Source of the DNA: Lama guanicoe
Lineage: Eukaryota
Direction of reading: 5' to 3'
Assembly: GCA_013239625.1 (NCBI GenBank)
Contig: MU056737.1
Coordinates: forward strand, 4,481,846 to 4,545,845
Length of the DNA stretch: 64,000 nt
Part shown: positions 1 through 11,675 of the stretch, piece after piece
How positions within the stretch are numbered: the stretch's first letter is position 1
Layout: every line of letters starts with the position of its first letter
The notes under the pieces: model-generated
The model's input: only the letters and a program-made list of their open reading frames with translations
The model's database searches: none
Told to the model about the DNA's origin: nothing
Made by a program: the position numbers and the translations under genes

Positions 1-19
1 CTCCCAGGTGTGTTCTTTT

Positions 20-200
20 TTCTTTTTTTTTCCCTGTTTACCCTGCTTGGGACTCACTGAGTTTCTGCAAACTGTAAAATCATGTCTTTCATCGAATTTG
101 GGGATTTTTGGACTATTAATCTTCAAATATTTTTTGCCCCATTCTCTCGCCTCTTCGTCGGGGACCCACCCCATGAAAGCTGGACCTGGTAATGCGGTCT
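20..200 (-). mobile_element. Old L1 (L1M-type) fragment
   Basis: tttaccctgcttgggactcactgagtttctg...tgtctttcatcgaatttgggg...tcttcaaatattttttgccccattctctc resembles antisense L1M ORF1-region consensus (recalled). Boundaries approximate. Confidence 0.6.
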
Positions 201-760
201 CGCGGGTTCTCAAGGGTCCTTGTTATTTTCTACTGCTGCGTATCGACTCACCCCGAGTTTGGTGGCTTCAGCCAGTAATAGCAGCACTTTGTTGTCTCTC
301 CTCGGTTTCTGTGGCTGAACGGTCCACACAGGGCCCTGTGGGCCGCCTGCCTCGCCGCCTGGCGCCTGGTGCTTCAGCTGGAAGACGGGAGGCTGGGGTG
401 GGACTCACCCTCCAACCCGGCGTCCGGCAGGCAGTGATGGCCGCGGGCCGAGGGTCCAGCTAGCAGGACACCCGGGCGTGGGCTCCCGTGGCCGGGACTC
501 CCGTGCACGCTGTGGGCCGGGCCTGAGGGCGGGCGCGGGAGGCAGAGGAGCAGGGAGAAGCCATTCGGTGTCACCTCTGCTGTCTTGTTTTGGCTGAGGA
601 GGTTACAAAGCTCTGCCAGGTGGCTGCCTGGCTGACTGTTCCAGCAGGGCCGCTCCCCGGCTTGACCTCACACCACAAACCCTGCCTCTGGGGGCCGCTC
701 CAACCTCCGTTCAGGTTCTTGTCCTGGCGGGGCGCCCCGAGCCTTGCGCTTGCACCCTTC

Positions 761-797
761 AGGGGCAGGAGGGGCAGGAGGGGCAGGAGGGGCAGGG
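761..797 (+). repeat. 9-bp tandem repeat (aggggcagg) x4, G-quadruplex-capable
   Basis: aggggcaggaggggcaggaggggcaggaggggcagggg read directly from the sequence. Confidence 0.85.
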
Positions 798-1514
798 GCG
801 GAGTTTGAAGCCCCAGCCTCTGGGATTCCACCTGACTTTTCCAAGGCTGTGGGGGCCCTGGATTCTGGGATCTGGCTCCTCGGGCCAGAGCGACATCGCC
901 TGTAGCTTAAGCTGCCCAGTGGCACCAACCACTGGCCGCCCTTAGGATAAAAGTCTCAAAGGGGGAAGTCATTCTGTGTGTTCTCTCGTTCAGGGGCAAC
1001 CCCTCCAGGACTCTGCTGCTGTGACTCACTACCCACCGCCATCGGCAGACTTCATTTCCCCCTGGGGTTTGTAGTCATGATCTACACGGTACGAGCTTAC
1101 CTCGCCTCCACCAAGGCAGAGTCCAGTGCCTTCCTCCAAAGAGGAGGCACCTAAAGCCCCCCCATCCCCCTCTCCGGCCACGTGGGCGCTCCCAGAGGCT
1201 GTGGCACCCTGCTCTCTACCAGCTCAAGGCCTGGTCACACGCGGTGCTGCCAGTTTGCTCAGTTTCAGGGGGCACATTGACAACCCGTGATGGGAATTGT
1301 GCAGTGTGCGTCCTGCACCACTGTCTGCAGCTGCCTGCTCACATGCTGTTCCGACCTCCTGCAGCCCCTCCTTCTGCCTCGTCCCAGCGGCTAACACCAG
1401 CTTTCAGCTAACAGTGAGCCTCCTCCAACCCTCGCTTCTGGGCTGGGGTCCTACATGCCGTTCTAATCCCCCCACACCGTCCTCTGACACTTGTAATCAG
1501 ACCATCTGGGCATA

Positions 1515-1680
1515 GGATCATGTGTCCTGAGCCAGGCGGCAGGAGCTCCGGTCCCCACCACCTGGCCCGTCCTTGGGCATGTGTGTCTCTGTGCTTCAGT
1601 GTCCCCATCAGAGAAGTGAGGGTAACAGCCACCCCTGCCCCGGGGGGTGGTCACGGGCCCCAGCGGGTTAGCACGTGGGG
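1515..1680 (+). mobile_element. MIR SINE fragment (degenerate)
   Basis: ccttgggcatgtgtgtctctgtgcttcagtgtccccatcagagaagtgagggtaacag resembles the MIR core (ccttgggcaagt...ctctgtgcctcagtttcctcatctgtaaaatggggataata). Confidence 0.6.
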
Positions 1681-2539
1681 GGACCGGGTGCTGACTGGCT
1701 GGCCGTGTACACCTGTTCCTGCCTCCGCCACCTCCTTCACCTGCCAGGAAGTCGGGCCGCACCTCTCCCTCCCGGTAGTCTTTGGAGCAGACGTGCAGCC
1801 ACGGAGGACGTGCCCTGGGAGGGACTTCCCTGGGGTCCTGGGCACTTGCTGTCCACGCCTTGGAGAGGGTCCTCTCACGGCCAGCTCGGTGCAGGGGCTG
1901 GGGGGCAGAGCTGGGCCTCTTGCTGCCCTCCTGGGGGTCCTGGCCGGTCTGTCGTCAGAAGGCCCAGCTCTGATGCACACAGACGCCATCCGCACCGTCT
2001 CCCCAGAGAGCCGTCGACACCCTGGGAAGGGCTAATTAAACCCGTGCACAAATATGACGAGGACTTAAAGAACTAATGGAACAGTTCACTTATCACACAG
2101 CCCTAGCTGGAAATGACTCAGGCTAAGAATGTCTGCTCAACAAGGGTTTAATTCTAGCCGACAATTCTGAGCCAAGCATTGATGAAAGGCAACTTTTCAT
2201 TCCCACACCAAAAGGACACTCTCCCCTTTTAGATAAAAAGAGAAATTGCTCAGGGAGCTGACTGCCTCCTGGTCTGAGGGTCACCAGAGGCGTCCACGCT
2301 TATCCCTGGGCCAGGGAGGGGTCTGCTGCCTGGGAGGGTGGTGTGGGCCTTTCAGCCTCGGGGATCTGCCCGTGGGGCCCTGATGCACACGGACTGTTGT
2401 AAATTCTGAGGAGAACACTAGGAATGCGTGTGTGTGCACGTGCAAAGGAGAGAGAGAAGGGGGCAAAGAGAGACACAGAGAGGAACCGCAGGGGTCCAGC
2501 CCTGCTGAGCCCGGGTGCCCCTCCTGACAGCAGCCACAC

Positions 2540-2660
2540 GAGAGACCCCAGTGACACCAGTAGTTGAGCCCAGTCAGCACCAGAGTCGCGAGAAATAGTA
2601 AAGCACTTTCTGCGTGAAGCCTCCAGGTGGGGGATGTTTGTTACCCGGCAATGGCTGACG
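2540..2660 (+). mobile_element. MLT1 (ERVL-MaLR) LTR 3' fragment
   Basis: agttgagcccagtcagcaccagagtcgcgagaaatagtaaa...gggatgtttgttacccggcaatggctgac resembles the 3' end of an MLT1 LTR. Confidence 0.5.
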
Positions 2661-3695
2661 GGCAGAGAGGCACTGGGCAGGGAGGAGCTCACAGGCTGGT
2701 CCAGGAGACAGCGCTCGGACCTCGGCCCTGATTCCGGCCTCCACCTCCCCCAGCCCCTGTGCTCCCTAGCCCTCCCGTCTCAGGGTTGGGAGACCTCTCA
2801 CATCTCGTCTCGGACCCCGACCCCAGCACCACCTGCAGCAGCTCCACGCCCTCCTCGCTGGGCCTGCCCTTTTCCCGAATATCGTAGGCAAACTACCAGG
2901 TGCAGGTCCAAGGCAAGCCCCGGGGAGGGGCTCCGGACCACAGCCCCGCCATCTTCACACACAAAGGCCTCCTCCCCGCCTGCCCTCCTCCCCGGACCCT
3001 CCCCGGCCAGTCCATGCCCAGGTCCCACGTGTTGGCTCCACCCAGCGCATTGTACCCACATGTGTTCTGTGTGTGTCCCGGCTCCGCGGTTTCAGCCGGC
3101 TTGCCTGGGACCTGCTGGGACCCGGGTCATCCTGGTCAGGAGGGACAGTGGGAGGAGGGGCCTCGGGGGGCTGGTCACCGTCTGGGTCCAGCAGGGATCT
3201 GACTAGAGGTGCACAGGTGTTCACCTTCTGGCCCAATGGTTTATGACCAAACGGTCCAAGTTGAGGCAGAAGCCAGGTACCCCCGTCGCAGAAAGCGCTT
3301 CAGACCAGCTGTGCTGCAGCTACGGCTTGTTACTGGGAATCAAGGCAGCTGGTATTGAAGCCATGCAGCGGGTCGATGCAGCAGAGCAGTTCCTTCCCGG
3401 CGCGGCCAGCTGCTGGCCGGCGTCGGTTCCCCCGCGCACGTCCGGCCAGGTCGGGGGACTGGGGACTTCTGGGTCCCTCCTTGCCTTCTTTTCCCCTCAG
3501 ACTCACTGTATTTTTTGCAGTTGAATCAAAGGGGATGCAATTTTGGATGGAAGTGGATGTCAGTCTGGACTGTTTCCTGCTTGTGAAATTGAGAAACTAC
3601 GAAGTTAACGTTCAGCTTTTAATTCATTCTCAGAAGTTGAGATGTGTCCCCGAGGCAGAATTGTTCTAAGTACAGGCAAATCATTGAAAATTCTT

Positions 3696-3843
3696 AAAAA
3701 ATTTTTTTACAGTTTTTTTTGAAGGGGGAGGAATTAGGTTTATTTATTAATTATTGTTATTTTTAATGGAGGCACTGGCGATTGAACCCAGGACCTTGAG
3801 CATGGTAAGCACACACTCTACCACTGAGCTATACCCTCCCTTC
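3696..3843 (-). mobile_element. tRNA-derived SINE, Vic-1-like (camelid), with 11-bp target-site duplication
   Basis: The minus strand reads gggagggtatagctcagtggtagag (A box) ... gggttcaatcgcc (B box) ... aaataaacctaattcctccccc, then an A-rich tail. TSD tgaaaattctt at 3685-3695 and 3844-3854. Confidence 0.88.
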
Positions 3844-6084
3844 TGAAAATTCTTGTACGTGAATTTGTTTAACTTTATACTTGGACACCAAACGATCGTA
3901 TAGAAATAATAATTTTGTTATCATCTGGTTGCTATATCCTGCCTTATGTTATCATTCACATTTTTATGAATTTCTTCTGAGCCCCAAAGCATGTAACGTT
4001 CCCCCTGAAGTTCCACAGGTGGCTCTCCTTACTGGTCATGTAAGTGCCCGCCCCCAAGGCTGCCCGACGGCCGCTGCCTCCTTGCGTCCATGCGCTGGCT
4101 CCACGCTCCCGCCCCTCCACCCTTGCTGGGCAGGGAGCTGTGACCTGTGTCTTCCTGGGGCGGTGGCGGGGAGCTGGGCCTGGGGGAGGCCAGAAGGCGA
4201 CCAGAGCGTGGGCTTCTTCCAAACTTGCCGAGGTTTGTGGACTCGGCCTTTAGTTTGGATCAAAGAAAACAATTTTGGTTTCATATTTTTGCTAAAATTA
4301 AATTTGAAGGCTGACCTTTAAAGCTACTTCTGTCTCCCACCGAAAACGCTCCTGCCCCTTTGGGTCCTGGTGCTGAAATCGAGGTCTGCTGAGCCGTGTG
4401 GAAGATGCAGTCATTTTGGCTTTTGCCTGAACCTCCTCTGCGAATAAAGCTTCCCTTGTCGTCAAGCTTCACTTCCCTTTGCTTCGTTTTAGAGGCTGTG
4501 GTACGTCTCCCCCTTTCACGGGAGCCCGGAGTCTGGAAACCAGCAGCCCCCCAACCTGGGCTGCATGCCGGCTCGTGGGGCCGGGTTCTCCGCCACCGGC
4601 CGCTCCCTTGGTCGGCTGGGGCCGCCACCTTCCTGACCTTTTGTTTCAAAGATTTCAATGCGTAAACAGCTGGGCTGCGGGCTTCTGCTGTTGGCCTCCC
4701 GCCCTCACCAGCCTGCGCGGACCAGGGCTGTGGTGTTGCGAGGAGGCCTGTTGACGCAGGGGGTCTTAGAATCACCTAAAATGGTCACAGGCTTCTGTAT
4801 GTTTAGGGAAGTTTGATTTCAATGTAAGAAAAAGAATCGAATTTTTATGCAACCTAGTAAGAACAAGATTAAAATCTGAGACGCACACCCTGCTGAGCAG
4901 GTTCATTCACAGAGCAGGTCTCCCCTGCGCCTGTCGTCGCTGCTCGGTCTCTGGGGTGAGCAAGTCCCCCAGGGCCCTGCACGTGGCAGGTGTTGCTCTG
5001 CTCACAGGACACAGCGGACGCTTAAGGCTGAGTCACGGCACTGCCACACATCAGGGCTCCGAGGCCGGGGGCTGGGGCCGGGTGCGGCCCGCCCTGCCCC
5101 AAGCAGGTCTGTCCACAGCACAGGCGAGGGTGGCAGGTGCAGGGACGCAGCTTATAAGCGCACTCGGCCGGGACGCCCTTCCCTGGGCCCCCCCATGCAG
5201 ACGCCTGTCCTCTGACCCCAGCCTCCGTGTGGTCTCCAAGTACCCTCTGGGCCCTGTGGCCCTGCCACCTGGCACGTCCCTGCCTGACTCCCTCCCCTGA
5301 CGTTCAGGAGGGAAAGGGGAGGGGAGGAGATGCCTGGCTTTGCTGGCCCCTCGCCCTCCTTGTGCGGAGCTGACAGGGGCTGAGGCAGCAGCAGAGAAAG
5401 ACCGTCAAGGCCGAGCGGTGATCTGGGAGGGGGTGGTGGCTTGAGTTTGGGGGGGAGCTGCAGGGGTGCTGGGGCTGGGTCCCGGGTGGGGTGTGAAGCA
5501 TGAGAGGAAGAGGGGCCACCATGACCCCGCTGGTCTGCTCGGGCATCTGCAGGTTGCAGCTGCCACCATGGAAATGGGAGGACAGAGCAGGGCCACCAGG
5601 GCGGGCTATGGCCTCTTTGGGTTTGAGACCGTGGCTGGACGCCACAGAGGCTGGCAGGATGCAGTCCTGGGCTTCAGGGGGACGACTGAGTTGCACGAGA
5701 CCATGTGGGGCGGGTGGCCCCTGAGGACTGCACAGCAAGGACTCAAGCCGCGTCTGTCTGACAGTTACCTCCACTCCCCAGCCCTTGTGGTCTGAGGGCA
5801 GGACTTCGATGCGAGGTCCGCTCTGGGCAAAGGGGTCCCTTCAGGCCAGTCAGCAGACATGGGGCTCAGGTGGTCTCTGGGGCATGAGCTCTCTGTGTGA
5901 TGGACGTTGCCTCAAGCTGCTGTTTTTGTTTTCTGTCTTGTTCCAAAATAGAATTTGGAGCAGTTTGCAGAGATGAACACAGCAGAGGAGGTCAGGGAAG
6001 GGAAGAGGCGGAGTGAGGACCGCTGCCCTGGTCCTCTCCCCTTGCACTCTGTGCACCCGTGCTCCCGCCTAAGCCCGAGGCCGA

Positions 6085-6250
6085 GGGTCTCTCCAAACCA
6101 CGGGCCGAACACTCCTGCTGGCGCTTGTTAAACACCCAGATTCCCAGCTCCTCCCAGGGAGACCCCGACTCAGTACACTGGGCCCTGGAATTGGCCCCTC
6201 CCAGCCCCGGGAAGAGCGGAAGCTTCCAAAAGACGTTTTGGAATTAGAAG
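6085..6250. mobile_element. MER5-like (hAT-Charlie) DNA transposon remnant
   Basis: cttgttaaacacccagattcccagctcctcccagggagaccccgactcagta resembles the MER5A core. Confidence 0.45.
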
Positions 6251-8965
6251 CCGTGCCATTCCAAGCCATGAGACTTCTGTGTATGCTCCTCCTTCAGAGC
6301 AGACGCCCCCGGAGGGAGGAGAGAGCGAGATAAAGACAGAGAGACGGACGCAGGACAGAGGGACAGAGAGGCGGGCAGACCGCACACAGAGGTGCGCAGG
6401 CAGAGGCAGGGCGAGCCCAGGGGGGCGCGGAAGTCAGGCTCAGACACAGACGTGGGAGGGACGGAGGCGCCTGCTCCTTCGTGCATTTCCATCCTGTCTC
6501 TCTTCATCCTGAGAACCGACCTCCCCCGGCCTGAGACGGCCTCTCTGGGGACGAGGCTTCTTTTGGAGCCGGAAGCCAACCCACGAGGCTCAGATCCACC
6601 AGGTGCCTGTGAGCGGTCCCGCAGCGCCGCCCCAACCCAGCCCCTGGACCGAGTGTCCACCACGGCCTGACCCGCCACATGGGAACAGTCACACGGCCTG
6701 GAAGGGTGCCAGCCCCGTGGGGGCACCGCTCGCTCCCGCTCCAGGAGGGAGAGAGGGCCTGGCTCCCAGAGCGCCGTCCAGAAACCCGCGGCAGTGTTCA
6801 CCAGCCGCGCTCAGCTCGGAAGACAAACGACACCCACCATATGGTTTGTCTCATAAACGGAGCAACCGAAATGGCTAAGACCAGCTTCAAAGCAAATATC
6901 CAGAATAAAATGAAAATCAGCCATTGTTTGGGAACAAAGGTGTCATCAAATTCTCATTTTCTATTCCAATAAACATCTTTGAGTTAATGCCTATTCCACT
7001 AATTATGAAGGTTTTTTATTAGCGTTCTACTTGATTAATAAAGCACACAGCACAGATTACATATAATATTGCCGGCAGTCCCCGCGGGACAAGTGTGATG
7101 GCTTCACGCACACAATTGAGAGCGAGAAGGGGGAGACGGCTGAGTGCTCGGGGCCGCGGGCAAACCCACTTTTCACACGTACGAAGCTAATTTCATAAGA
7201 AATAAATAAAGCATCTTAGTGTGCGCGCATCCGTGTACACCGTCCAGCAAAATACGCGGACAGCACCGGCTGGTCCTCGTTGGGGTGTCTTCTCTGTGGG
7301 CTGCACGTGGTTCGTCGAGCGGATTGCCTCTGCTGGCGCTGGGACCACAGGGCTTCGCTGGGGCGGAGCGGACGCTAAGCGCTTTTCAAGGAGGATTCCC
7401 TGCGCCACGTGGGTGGGGGACCCAGACCCACCCCGGCAGACAGCACCCGTCTCCTTCCAGCTGGACGGCTGCACCTGCCGCCCTCCAAACTCCTCCCGTC
7501 CTCACTGTGTGGCCCCGAGGGAGAGGCGCATCTCCGCTGGCTCGTGCCCACTCGCAGGAGCAGATGGCTAATTTTTTAGGAATTTTATGGGCTGGTTATT
7601 AATACAGCCACTATTAAAAATTAAATCGTGTGAACTGACAGATTGATACACAGGTAATATATACTCAAAACTTACAGCTCCCTGATTGATCTCACTCTGT
7701 CTTACTCTCATCGTTTTCACCTGCCGAGTCCACACTGAAGCCCTTCATGGCGGTGTGTTCCCGTCAGAAATCAGCAGACATGGCAAGTTAAGGCTTTGTT
7801 TTTGTTTTGTTGGTCGGCCGGCCAGACTGTAAGAAGAGGCGGAGACACCGACGATACTGATTCACCCTGAAAGCGAGGGCGTCACATCTGAACAGCACAC
7901 AGCAGCTTCCTCCAGAGCCGGGAAACCACCGTCTGACTCGGCAGAGAAACGCGTGCCCCACGGATGAGCCAGGGAAGTCCTGACCCACGTCCCCTGTCGA
8001 GGCGGAAACACTGACCCGTGTCCACACCGAGGCCACAGCTGCTCCCCAGCCGCAGCCGCAGGCTGGCTGCAGACGCAGGAATCCCCCAAGACCAGAGCGA
8101 GCCTCCTGTGAGAACCCACGAGCTACGTGGCGGAGGACCGTGTGTGTGTTTTCACTGGTGCAGGCTGAGTGCAAATCTCGTAACAAACTAAGCACGCCTC
8201 TGTCCATCGTTTCAGAGAGTGGGCTGTGAGCTCCGGGTGGACACGCCAGGGACCAGCCGCACCTGCACCGGGCTCGGCATTGGCTCTGCCCACACCGACC
8301 CCCGTCTTTACTTCTCTGTCTTCGGAGCTGGCTACGCACTACATTTTAAAAGTGCCTTTGGTCCAGTGTTCCTAAATATTCCCAGAAGGAAGGGAATCTC
8401 GCAGCTCCCCAGTCTGCCGCCTGCAGATTCTGACATGTGTTTCTCACGAGACGCGCCACCTATCGCTATGTGCGCACGTGAAACGTCAGTGAGAGTAACT
8501 TTGTGGCACACGGAAAGCAGACGCTTCACGGCTGCCGGGCAGGATCCTGGCACGAAGCAAACTCGGGACAGGAGGTGCTGGGCGAGACGGAGCTGCTGGA
8601 ATGTGAGTGGACGACTGTCTGGTGAGACGGAGGGGCTGATTTCTGCAGAAATGAACACTGACACGCTGGTGGACACCACAGGCCACCAAGTCTTGCCCCT
8701 GCCTGCTGACATGGGCCAGCAGGAAGAGAGGGACACCATCGCCTCACGCCCAGCAGGGCCGCCCCTCGCCGGGGTTCAAATGCTCCTGGCGTGAGCGCCA
8801 GCTTTGAGGCCGGCCCGTCTCTCTGCGAGGTGGTGGGGCGCCCCCTCCACCGCGGGCAGGAAGGAGGGGGCCGCCGCGGGGTTCCCCGGACACTCACCGG
8901 GTGCGAGGACGGGGCACAGGCCGTGCTCAGAGCGCACACCACTCCTCAGCTTTTGACTGAGACTG

Positions 8966-8982
8966 TTTAATCACTTTTTAAT
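8966..8982 (-). terminator. Two tandem ATTAAA candidate polyadenylation signals (distal)
   Basis: The minus strand reads ttttattcATTAAAaagtgATTAAAcagtctc, followed by a GU-rich gtggtgtgcg stretch. Confidence 0.55.
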
Positions 8983-9186
8983 GAATAAAACCTTAGTGAC
9001 ACCTGACACTCTGGCCCTTAGCAAACAGCCAGCCCTGCGAATAACGCAGCACCTTGGCAGAGAGCCCTACGGCGCGCACTCACCTTGCGTCTGCGGTCGA
9101 ACGCCCGCCTTCGAGGAACGGAGGTCGGACGGGGAAAGACCCTGCTCGCCTCCCAAATGAAGACCATTCAAGTGTGAAATCAGAAG

Positions 9187-9192
9187 TTTAAT
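9187..9192 (-). terminator. Candidate polyadenylation signal ATTAAA (proximal)
   Basis: The minus strand reads ctgtatttaactgtgtttgtttgATTAAActtctg, with an upstream UGUA and U-rich context. Confidence 0.55.
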
Positions 9193-10669
9193 CAAACAAA
9201 CACAGTTAAATACAGTCACGTGTCTCACACCGAGGAAACAAAAATGTCAAAAGCCACAGGCAGGTCTACGCTCCTATATTCAGGTAAGTTATTTCCTATT
9301 AATCATTAGGTTCCCGATAGAGAAACGGCTTTGGGAGAGGAATCAGAGCTATGTTAAAGCAGATTTACACGACAACGCCGTTAAAGACACAGACAATGTT
9401 TTGGCATCTTTCTCCCCACTCAGCCAGCCATGTTCCCTGGTCTGCTGCTCTCTGAGCTGCAACATCTGGTTAAGACGGAAGGCGTGGTGTGTCAGCCTGG
9501 AAGGACAAGGTACCAGGGCGTGTTTCATTGCCGAGACACACCTCCCTCCACATCATCGCCCTCGCCTTAATGAAACTCTCCTGCTGCTGGGGGCCCCCGC
9601 TGGCAAATTTGGTGCACAAGTGCTTTTTGGCAAATGCAAACTCTGTCCAGACGCTGGTATCTGCGTGATGTCAGACAAGTGGGCAACCTAAGGGCCAGGG
9701 GTCTGAGCCCTGGCAGGAGCCCAGGGCGGTCACTTTTCTCCAGTTGCTGTGATCCGTGTTCCTCCCGTGGGGAAAGCAACCTGTCTTCTCTGGATGCCAG
9801 CAAGGCGCCCGCCGCCCCTGTGAGGGGCCACACGTGCCTGCCGGGGGCTCACTACGTGCTCCTCCCAGCCCTCCCTGAACTGGGTCAGCCTGCAGGAGAG
9901 CGTTCACTAGCTGCACTTGATTTTGCAAAGTGCAAATCCCTATTACAAGTTAAAACCGTGTCTGGAGATTGGAAGCCACCCCCTGCCTCTCCCAGGTGAG
10001 GCGTCTCGGGGGCGGGGGGCCGGGAAGCAGGTGCTCCAGTGGGACGGCACTTGTCCTCCGGGGCCCCCGCCCACCCTGGGGTGGGCGGTTGAGGGGGGCT
10101 GTCAGCCGGCCTGGGGGGTGTCGAGTGGCCTGGGTTGAACAAAGTGCGGGGGTGGTTCTCCTGTCGCCTGCCCCCAAGCTGCGTCCGGCCCGCACGTCCC
10201 AACTAATGGTTTCTCCCCGCAAGGGACCGTCATGAAGACAGAGCCTGCGGCCGGGGGCCTGGCCAGCTGCCCTGGGCCTCTCCACGCACAGCAGAAGCTC
10301 CTTCAGAAAGTTCCGATCACGAGCCAGCTCTCTTCTGGGGGCCGTCCTGGCTGCGTGGGTCACTGCATCGTCAGGACGACAGGGTTTGCAGCAAGGAATG
10401 AAAGGTGTGCTTTAAGGAAAAATAAACCTTTTTTCCAAGAGAGTGAAAGTAGATGAACCGGCCGCCCCGTAACTGCATGTTCCCACAGACCTCTGTTTAG
10501 TACTGTCTGGCTGAACAAAAATACACATTTTAACTGCTGAATGGCACAGACCGCAGAGCCTCAGGGCCGACCACCGGGCAGCCGCTCCAGGAGACACAGC
10601 CGAGTCGTCCTCGGTCCCGACGGCGGCAGTGCCCGGGCCGGGGCTCCTCCGAGGCCCCGGGAAACGTGC

Positions 10670-10741
10670 TCACTGGGGAAAGGCTTGCAGAATGGCGTTC
10701 ACCTCCTCGGCCACCGCCGTCAGCGCGAACTCGAACTGCTC
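10670..10741 (-). CDS. PTPRN2: PTPRN2 terminal coding exon (~exon 23), 72 coding bp: EQFEFALTAVAEEVNAILQAFPQ*
   Basis: Acceptor ...ccttcctttgtctccag|GAG and TGA stop at 10670-10672. Matches the IA-2 family C-terminus. Confidence 0.97.
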   Translation of the reverse strand, partial: EQFEFALTAVAEEVNAILQAFPQ

Positions 10742-11507
10742 CTGGAGACAAAGGAAGGAGATGTGAGCGGGTGTCCCTTCACTCGGGCCCTGAGCTCCGA
10801 GTGCTATTTTGCAGAAAGAAACCGTCCAGAACAGAAAGGGGACGCTCGCAGACTTCCGTGGAGAGAGAGGCACTGGTCTGCAGGGTGAGCCACGGCCGCT
10901 CACGCTGGGGAGCCTCAGCTCTTACCACTGGGAGGCGCTGCCGACAGAAACACCAGCAGGGAGACGGTGCCTGAGGCTCCCGGGACTGCTCGGCTCCTTC
11001 TGACTCCAGCCCTGAGCTCGCAGACCTCCTGACGGACGGGGCTGGACGGCGCCATCGCGCGTCTAAACTGCCCGTGGAGACAGTCACAGCAGCGCCCCTC
11101 GGGGCTTCCCATCCTTCCCATCCAGAAACATAAGGGGTGGTATTGTCCTTGCTCTGGAAACCCACCCATCACCCAGCCCCATCCCGCTCAGTTCCGTCTG
11201 CCCAGAAACCTCACGGCACCCACCACCGTCCAACCTAAGACGTGGGCGCACACACGTGCCCACAGACGTAGGTGCACCCGGCATGGGGCACGCCTCTCGT
11301 GCAGGTGACACCTGCCAAGACTTCTGGGGAGAAGGGATGGACTGTCCACCCCCAGGAGACTGGGGCTCAGCAGACGGAGGGCGAGCCCACCCCCCCCCCC
11401 CCCCCCCCCCGCCGCCCCACCCCGGGACCCCCCCTCCCATTTTTTTTTTTTTTTTTGCCCCGAGGAGCCGAGGGAACTCAGCAGGCTCCGACTTGGGGAG
11501 CGAGGGC

Positions 11508-11675
11508 NNNNNNNNNNNNNNNNNNNNNNNNNNNNNNNNNNNNNNNNNNNNNNNNNNNNNNNNNNNNNNNNNNNNNNNNNNNNNNNNNNNNNNNNNNNNN
11601 NNNNNNNNNNNNNNNNNNNNNNNNNNNNNNNNNNNNNNNNNNNNNNNNNNNNNNNNNNNNNNNNNNNNNNNNNNN
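11508..11675. other. Assembly gap (168 N) next to poly-C/poly-T runs
   Basis: N run. Confidence 0.99.

Larger units (their letters stand above)
8950..10669 (-). other. PTPRN2: PTPRN2 3'UTR (end uncertain, about 9165 or about 8950)
   Basis: Sequence downstream of the stop codon, running to ATTAAA hexamers at 9187-9192 and at 8966-8982 on the minus strand. Confidence 0.65.

Noticed and set aside
3780-3841. tRNA-like A and B boxes
   Set aside because: Part of a SINE (A-rich tail and TSD present, no complete cloverleaf), not a tRNA gene.
9281-9289. Perfect + strand splice donor CAG|GTAAGT inside the 3'UTR (possible antisense transcript)
   Set aside because: A single 9-mer with no supporting acceptor or promoter; compatible with chance.
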